A stretch of 64,000 nt of DNA, taken from NCBI GenBank assembly GCA_025594325.1, contig JANHCV010000012.1, forward strand, positions 806,001 through 870,000, written 5' to 3'. The notes under the pieces are model-generated. The model was given only the letters and a program-made list of their open reading frames with translations, did no database searches and was not told where the DNA came from. Below are positions 56,773 through 64,000 of the stretch, in pieces. Numbering within the stretch: the first letter of the stretch is position 1; every line of letters starts with the position of its first letter. This DNA comes from Blastocladiella emersonii ATCC 22665 (lineage: Eukaryota; Fungi; Blastocladiomycota). The translations under genes were made by a program, and so were the position numbers.

Positions 56773-57263
56773 GGCGTGATGTTCTCGTCTTGAATGGTCA
56801 TGCATGACCTTTCCCCCCGCTTGCGTGCAACTTTGATTGAAACTCGCGGGTGATCGTAAGCTGGGTCAGGAACGTGAGACGCGTCGCGCCACACCGCTTA
56901 CACACGAGCGCCTCGCGTTTCGGTAGCCGCAACTCCGTCCAGATCACAGAAAACTCGTGACGGTAGGTCTAATTACAGTACGCCTAGCGGTGAGGTGGCA
57001 GGCACCCGTTACTGTTTCGCGGAGCGACGCCCCACGTCTGTCGCAAACAGTAGGTTTTGCGCGTGGCTCACCGTTTTGAATGCCCTAAATCATTCTAAAG
57101 AGCTACTTTACTGGCACTCAATCGTCTCGTGAAGTGAACAGTGAGCTGGTGAAAGCACTGTCACTGTTCCCCACTACGGTGTTTTGGGCAAGCACCGCGG
57201 CGAGCATGGTCAGTCACGGAGACTCCCACGAGAAGATCGGCGCCATACGAGGGGCCACCGCTG

Positions 57264-57270
57264 TATAAAA
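57264..57270 (+). promoter_or_regulatory. TATA box
   Basis: TATAAAA 107 bp upstream of ATG 57371 in otherwise GC-rich DNA, followed by a pyrimidine-rich leader. Confidence 0.6.
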
Positions 57271-57370
57271 GGGCGAGCGAACCCGCTCGCAGCTCTTGCT
57301 TGTCCACACAAGTCCTCGCGTCCATCACATCTCCTTCACTCACCGTACATCAACCGACCGAGCCTCCAAC

Positions 57371-57993
57371 ATGTCGACCTCGCAGGACATTCACAAGAAG
57401 CTCCTGGAGCTGAAGCAGCAGGAGGCTTTTCTCATCAAGCAGGCGCAGGAGCTCAAGAAGCAAGAGCTCGAGCAGCAAAAGCTCGAGCACACCAAGAAGC
57501 AGGGCGGCGCCGGCCTCAAAGCCTTGGGTGTGGCCTTAGGCACCGCCGTAACCGTCGCCGGAATCGGGTATGGCGTCGCCGGGACGGTTGATTCCGTCAC
57601 ATCGGCCGGCGAGGACGGCCACGTTACTGTCAAGGAGGGGGTCGACATTGCCGCCAACGTGGCCCGGACGACTGGCGTGCTCGGACCCTTTGGCCCAGCG
57701 GCTACCGAGATTACTGGCAAGATGGTCGACGACGAACGGGCAGCCGCCGCAGCTGCCGCGGCGGCCGAGGACAACATGGGCCAGCGAGCATGATGGCGCA
57801 GGATCCGTCGATGGTCGACGCGATGGCGCAGGACACGGCGTGGGTGGGCGGGGAATCGTTCGACCCTGCTCCTCAGTTCGATCCGGCCGCGTTCAGCACC
57901 AACCTCCCTATCGATACCGCCGTAGAGGACGCAGGTTTCTTCGAGGGACTTGTCGAAGTGGTTGGTGAGCTGCTGGGAGCCCTCTTTGCTTGA
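57371..57993 (+). CDS. Coiled-coil + glycine-zipper protein, paralog 2, split into two ORFs overlapping by ATGA
   Basis: ORF 57371..57793 (QE-rich heptads, GxxxG segment) and ORF 57790..57993, whose end AVEDAGFFEGLVEVVGEL matches the continuous C-terminus of paralog 1. Confidence 0.65.
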
Positions 57994-59168
57994 GGAGCGT
58001 GGAAAACTGCTGGGAGGCCTTGTTCTGTTGCGCTATTGGCTGTAAAAAACATATATCGCGTTTGTATACAATCAGTAGAGCGAGACAGAGCTGAAATATT
58101 TCTCGTTGAACACTTATCCGTGCGTCGGCCTGAACGTTCGCGCGGTCCACCTCGCAAAACAAGGACGCGTCAAACAATCACGTGATGTCTCGCAGCGTGT
58201 CTCGCGCGCTCGGCCGCGCCTAAACGCTGGCCGAAACGCGCCATCACGCATATCCATCTGATGACTATGGCGAGCTTCGCGCTGTGCAACTTGAGAACGA
58301 CGCGAGGAGGTGAGAATAGCCGTTGCTGGCCCTCTTGTCGGCCCGCTCGCTGCGCCTCAACATTGTCAAGCGACTCAACGGCTCACTCGAGCGCGTATTG
58401 AGTCTGGTAGCGACCTGCATGATGTGGGATTCATCGTGTTCCATTTTGTGTGTAGCCAGTTTCTTTGCCGATATTGCAGCGAAGGCGACTCGCCTTGAGA
58501 GCGAGCGACCAAGCGTGAGTGAAGTGAGGTGCAAGATCCGATCTCCGTCCTGCCATCCGACCTCTCGACGAGCAACTGCGTAAAACAATCATCAAGCGAC
58601 CCGCAAGAGCATCAACCATCCACAGCGCAAAAACGCGGCTTGAGACAAAAGCTAAGCGCTTCGAAGCAGCGCAGGCGGCGGCATCCCCATTTCAGGGTGC
58701 GGGGTCCTGCGTGTTCTGGCCACTCGCCTACGCGGGGCTTACAGTACTGCCTTCGCCGTCGCTTTTGAGGGACGCGGCGCGCGTCCGCAGCCGACGCGGA
58801 CGCGGGGGACATGCGCACGTGATACCTCGACGCGTCGTTTTCACTACCCCTTGGCCCGTTCCCCGTTCCGACGTGACGTTTGAGGGAACGTGAACCGCTT
58901 GGCGCGACTGGGCGATCAGTTCTCATGGCCGAGTTGAGTCGAATCGAGATGCAAGGTGCCGTCGACCGAGGCACGCGCGGGCACAGTTCAAGTGGCTGCA
59001 GCCGTCATGGTCGGACCCCGTTTCCGCGACAGCCGTCAACTTTAGCGCGGCCATCGGTGGCCTCGACTCGCCCGTCGACCGGCGGAACCTCATCGGGACG
59101 CAATTGAGTTAAGTGTGAACGTGTGATCTTCAGTTTAATATATGCCCTCATCACCCACAACACCTCCG

Positions 59169-62051
59169 CTACGCCGCATCCCCTTCCGCCGCACCACCCT
59201 CCTTGTGCTGCTCGCCCGCCATCTCGTCGGGGCCCCGGATCGCCGGCAACGTGTTACTGCTACTCCCCGGCGCGCCCGCAGGGTACCGGTACGCCGCGTC
59301 GCCCTGCTGCTGCTGCTGCTGCTGCTGGTCGTAGTACCGCGCATACTCGGCCGCCCCACCTTGTTGTGGCTGCGGAGCGGGCGGGCTCGCGGCGGTCAAA
59401 GACGTCGCGGCCGCGGGCGGCGGGTACTGCCGCGCGCCGCCACCACTCGGTGCGCCGCCCGCGGGACTCGCCGCGGACTCGCCGGCACCTGCGCCGGCAG
59501 CGGCCGACGGCGGCGGGTACGGCGCGCCCGCCCCACCCTGCTGCTGCTGTTGGCCGGCGGCGGCCGCGACCGCCGCGGCCGCGGGGTACAGGTACGGCCG
59601 CGACGCGCCGCCGTGGTACCCACCACCCGCCGACCCCGCGGCCGCAGCGGTATCGGGCGGCGTGGTCCGCGCGCCCCCCGAGAGAGGGTAGTACGCGCCG
59701 GTGACGGGGTCGTAGTGCTGCTGGTGCTGCTGGTAGTGCGCCGCGTAGTGCGATTGCTGGTAATGCGATGCGCGCGAATGATGCGCGTGTGCGGCGTGCG
59801 CGTGCGCCGCGTGCGAGTGGTAGTGCGACGCCTGCGGCGGCGGCGCCGCGTAGTGCTGGCTGTACGGGTACGCGGCGGCGTACTGCTGTGCAGCCGCGGC
59901 CGCTGCGGCCGCCGCCTCGTCCTCGCCGACGCCCGCGGCCGACGGAACCGACGGGGGTGGGTAGTGGTGCCCGCTGCCACTGCCACCAGCGCGCGGCGGG
60001 TACCCCGGGTACGCCGCGTACGCGCCGTAGTGCCCGCGGTACGCTGCCGCGGCTGCAGCTGCCGCGCCGGGGTGCGCGGACGGGCGCACGGAGGACCGCG
60101 GCGGGGGCGGGGGTGCATCGTCGCCACCGGCGCCGGCAGTCGCGGTCGAGCCCGTCGCCGAGACCGTGGCCGCCTTGTCAGCGCCGCCGTCAAACTGCTG
60201 CTGCTGCTGCTGCGCGTCGTCGCCCGCATCACCGCCGGCGGCCGACGCTTGCGCGGCCGACTGCGGGGGCGGCGGCGGGTTGGCGTAGTAGTGGTGGTAC
60301 CCTGCCGCCGCCGCGGCCGCCGCTGACGGCGGGTATCCGGCGTACTGCTTCGCCCCGGCGGCGCCCGCGTACGCGCTGCGGCGGTACTCGTCGTACCCCT
60401 GGGCGTCGTACTCTGCACCTGCACCGCGGCGGTAGTCGTAGTGGGAGGCGTAGTAGTGGTGGTACGCGGCAGCCGCCGCGGCATCGTCCGCCGCAGCCGC
60501 AGCGGCGAGGCGCGACGGGGAGAGGTGCGAGCGGCCGGGATCCCCACCGGCGCCGACGCTGACCCCGGGCATCGGGCTGGCCGAATGCGACGCGGCCGAC
60601 TCGGTCCCGGCGGGGCCGTGCACCTTGCGGCGCAGGTGCGACGACGCGGACATGGCGGCCATGGCGTTGACGGAGTCGGTCTTGCCGGACTCGGGGGTCT
60701 TGATGGGCGGGAGCTGGTGCTGGCCGTGGCCGTGGCCGTGGTGCGCGTGGTGGTGCGGGTAGTGGTGGTCGACGGGCGACAGGATCAGGCCGTCCTTGGC
60801 CGAGGATGCGGACCGGGACACGGGCGCCATGGGCGGCGTGGTGAGGGGCTCCATGGGCGCGGGCGGCGGCTGGGACTCGTTCGCCGACGCCGCGGCGGCG
60901 GCAGCAGCTGCCTTACCGCGACCCGCACGGCCGCCCGTGGACGCGAGCTTGGCGCGCTTGGGCGGCGGCTGCTGGCGGCGCACGTCCTCGTCGTCGTCGT
61001 CGTCCTCGCCGTCCTCCTCAGCGTCCTCCTCGTCCTCGATCTCGCGCTCGCGCTCGCACTTGGCCACGTCCTCGACATTCTCGGCGGGCGCCGCAGTCAC
61101 CGGCGGTGCGCGCGTGCTGCTGAGCGCGGCGGCCGCCGACGTCGCCGCAGCAGCAGCAGCAGCCGCGCGCGAGGCGGGGGTCTTGCGAGTGCGCGCCGTC
61201 GTCGTCGCCGTACTGGTCGCGGGGGACGAGGTGGAGCTGGTCTTGCGGCGCGACGTCGTGGTGGCGGCCGGCGCAGCCTCAGCGGCGGGTGCCGGGCGCG
61301 AGGGCGGCGGCGGTGGTGGAGCCGCAGCGGCGGCCGCGACACGCGCAGCCCGGGCAGCCGCCGTCGCCTCCGCGAGCGCGGCCTGCTCGGCCTTGAACGC
61401 GGCGTTCGCGGCCGCGGTCGTCGCGGCGGCGGCGGCGTTGGCGGCGGGGGTCGCGCCGGGGGTCTGCTTGAGCACTACGAGACAGACACGTCGTCAATCA
61501 CCGACCACGAACACACACGCCCCCCGAAATCAACGTACGCGCGGCGAGCTCCCCGTTGGGCGTCGTGATCGGCGCGGCAGGGATCTCGATCCCGTCCTTG
61601 CTGAGCGCGGGCACGGGGTTCTCGCGCTCCTCGTCCTCCTCGGCGGTCTTGTCGAGGAGGCCGACCAGGATGCGCTTCTCGGCGCGCAGCCGCTGCACCT
61701 GCGCGCGGATCGCCTCGCGGCGCAGGACGAGCTCGTCGTTCTCGGCCTCCATGGCGCGGATCCGCGCGCCCAGCTCGACGTACTTTTTGCGGTACTTGCG
61801 CTCTACACCCGCCAAAGTGAGTGAGCAGGGTGGATCGGGGTGCGAGAAGAGGGAACGTGAGTACCGTCGGCAAGGGACAGGTAGCCCGTGGTGCTGGCGC
61901 CGCTGGCCGTGGTCGCGCGCGGGGCCGGCGCAGGCGCGGCGGAGGGCGCCGCAGATGGTGGCGGGAACTACGCCAGATTTTCGGGTCGGTGAGTGGGAGT
62001 GCGTCACGGTCAGAAGCGGAGGAGTAGGGCACCCACCTTGGCCGCCTTCAT
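59169..62051 (-). CDS. INO80E/Iec3/TFPT-like coiled-coil protein with a very long Ala/Pro/Gln/His/Tyr low-complexity tail
   Basis: Phase-consistent three-intron model MKAAK|FPP..ADE|RKYRKKYVELGARIRAMEAENDELVLRREAIRAQVQRLRAEKRILVGLL..|LKQTPG..; family call from motif memory. Confidence 0.6.
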
Positions 62052-62591
62052 CGTGGTCGCGGTCGCGGTCGAGGTCGCTGGTGGTTGGTCGATGCGTCGC
62101 CGATATGCGTGGGGGTGCGGAGGAGAAGGGCGGGCAGTTGCGCGGCGCGAATATTACGCGTGGAGGGGGCGGGAGAAGGGATGGGCATGGCGGAAGCCGG
62201 GTGGGATCGCAAACACGGTGGGCGGTGGGGGCGGCGGGGCTGTGAGATGCGCGCGGGTCCGGCCAAGCGGGCGTGCGGGCGGCACGGTGCGAAGGCAGCA
62301 GGCAGGCGGAGAGAGGCGAGCCGAGAGAAGCGCGGAGGAGGCAAAACCAAACCCGTCACGTGCGCCGAGGGACCCGGACGCGCGCGCCCCGTGGCTTGCC
62401 TCCCGCGATCGCTTCTCCTCTTCTCCGCTCCTCCTCTCGTGGTCGCTTCGATAAACGTGAAGAAAGGTGAACTCGGGGGTGGTGATTAAAAGTACAGGGC
62501 GGAGAGGGAATGGACATGGCACCCGCCCATCAAACAAGCCAAAAACTCGCGTCGCTCGCTGGAGCGCGTGCGCGCGCGCACCGATGCACGC

Positions 62592-64000
62592 TTACAGGCG
62601 CGACTTGGGCGCGGCCGTGATCGCGTCGTAGCACAGCGTGGTGAGGAAGTCGGGGAACTCGCGGCCCTGGACCATGGCGTGGAGGTACGTCTTGGCGAGC
62701 GGGATCTTGGACCGCGCAAACTTGTCGCCGCCGAGCTGCGTGGCCAGCGCGGCCACCTCCTCGTCGAGCAGCCCGTTCACGTACGCGGGGGTCACCGTGA
62801 CGCCCTCGCGCGTCTGCACCGCGTGGCGCACCCACTGCCACAGCTGCGACCGCGAGATCTCGGCCGTCGCCGCGTCCTCCATGAGGTTGTGGATCGGCAC
62901 GCACCCGGACCCGCGCAGCCACGCCTCCGTGTACATGAGCGCAATGTTGATGTTGGTGCGGATCGCCTTCTCGTCAATCGTCCCCTTGCACGCCGGGTCG
63001 ATCAGGTTGGCCGCCGTGACAACGACGTCCTCGCGCCGCACGTGCATCTGGTGCGGGCCGGGCATGTGCTCGTCGAACACGGCGCGCGCGAGGGGCACCA
63101 GGTCCGGGTGCGCGACCCAGGTCCCGTCGTGCCCGGCCTGCACCTCGCGCAGCTTGTCGGCGCGCACCTTGCCCATGGCCGCGTTGTTGGCGGCCGCGTC
63201 GCCCTTGATCGGGATCTGCGCCGCCATGCCGCCCATGGCGTGCACGCCGCGCTTGTGGCACGTCTGGATGAGCAGGCGCACGTACGCGTCCATGAAGGGG
63301 GTGGTCATGGTCACGTCGGCGCGGCCGGGGAGCACAAACTGCGGGTGCTGGCGCAGCTTCTTGATGTACGAGAAAATGTAGTCCCACCGGCCGCAGTTGA
63401 GCCCGGCCGAGTGCTCGCGCAGCTCGTAGATGATCTCGTCCATCTCGAAGGCGGCCAGGATCGTCTCGATGAGCACGGTCCCGCGGATCGTGCCGCGCGG
63501 CATGCCGATCCAGTCCTGCGCCATGTTGAACACGTCGTTCCACAGCCGCGCCTCGAGGTGCGACTCCATCTTGGGCAGGTAAAAGTACGGGCCCTGGCCA
63601 ATCTCCACCGACTTCCACGCCGTGTGGTAGAAGTAGAGCGCAAAGTCGAAAATGGACGCCGAGCACGGCTGCCCGTCGATGAGCAGGTGCTTCTCCTCCA
63701 TGTGCCAGCCGCGGGGGCTACATTCGTTCGAGGTGGGGGGTCGGTCAGCGTGGTTCATGTGAGTGAGACCAGAGGGAGGAGAGTAATAAGCGTACCGGAC
63801 GAGCAGAACCGCGACCTTGCCGTCGTCGCGCAGCTTGTACTCCTTGCCGTTGGGCGCCGTGAACGAGATGGAGCGGTAGATGGCGTCCTTCATGTTCTGC
63901 TGGCCGAGCACCACGTTCTCCCACGTCGGCGCCGTCGAGTCCTCGAAGTCGGCCATGAACGTCTGCGCGCCCGCGTTGAGCGCGTTGATGACCATCTTGC
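62592..64000 (-). CDS. MLS1: Malate synthase (peroxisomal), 3' part
   Basis: ADFEDS, VR|PRGWH (intron about 63795..63719), [59 protein letters not shown]; C-terminal PTS1 SRL. Confidence 0.98.
   Translation of the reverse strand, partial: KMVINALNAGAQTFMADFEDSTAPTWENVVLGQQNMKDAIYRSISFTAPNGKEYKLRDDGKVAVLLVRYAYYSPPSGLTHMNHADRPPTSNECSPRGWHMEEKHLLIDGQPCSASIFDFALYFYHTAWKSVEIGQGPYFYLPKMESHLEARLWNDVFNMAQDWIGMPRGTIRGTVLIETILAAFEMDEIIYELREHSAGLNCGRWDYIFSYIKKLRQHPQFVLPGRADVTMTTPFMDAYVRLLIQTCHKRGVHAMGGMAAQIPIKGDAAANNAAMGKVRADKLREVQAGHDGTWVAHPDLVPLARAVFDEHMPGPHQMHVRREDVVVTAANLIDPACKGTIDEKAIRTNINIALMYTEAWLRGSGCVPIHNLMEDAATAEISRSQLWQWVRHAVQTREGVTVTPAYVNGLLDEEVAALATQLGGDKFARSKIPLAKTYLHAMVQGREFPDFLTTLCYDAITAAPKSRL

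Noticed and set aside
1-64000. Prokaryotic features (operons, CRISPR, rRNA, tRNA)
   Set aside because: None seen; consistent spliceosomal introns show the window is eukaryotic.

Overview
GC-rich, intron-containing eukaryotic DNA with introns of about 60-80 bp (GTACG[CT]/GTGCG[CT] donors, CTGAC/CTAAC branch sites). It most resembles a zoosporic fungus of the Blastocladiomycota (Allomyces/Catenaria-like); this is inferred from intron style, GC content and 'EWWxxSGL' ankyrin-like repeats, not from a search. Layout: (1) 1-1.8 kb, 5' part of a P4-ATPase flippase. (2) 2.9-28.5 kb, the main discovery: a head-to-tail array of 12 divergent forkhead-domain genes plus 2 relics. It carries 17 FKH domains, each split by a phase-0 intron just before the recognition helix, and none of the 16 visible helices keeps the canonical His. 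The copies share an N-terminal LPxCxSPPxG motif, a fixed-spacing GACGCG-N4-GA[TA]ATCATGTGA upstream element and a conserved upstream ATG. The array is interrupted by a subtilisin-propeptide fragment, a 17x heptamer expansion, and two atypical P-loop GTPase paralogs separated by a PIF/Harbinger transposon. (3) 29-43 kb, mostly housekeeping genes (STE20/MAP4K-CNH kinase, ASF1, C2H2 protein, ISA1, Dabb, PILS-like carrier, MESH1) plus two F-box-like/ankyrin/LRR paralogs. (4) 43.4-58.9 kb, an accessory block: degenerate coiled-coil + SUMO-like pair (one with an intact di-Gly after splicing), an unclassified TIR element with AGATCT subterminal arrays, an F-box ORF, a Cys-motif paralog pair and a glycine-zipper pair. 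(5) 59-64 kb, an INO80E/Iec3-like gene and malate synthase. No rRNA, tRNA or CRISPR was found. All splicing was worked out by eye and domain calls come from remembered motifs, not database searches.
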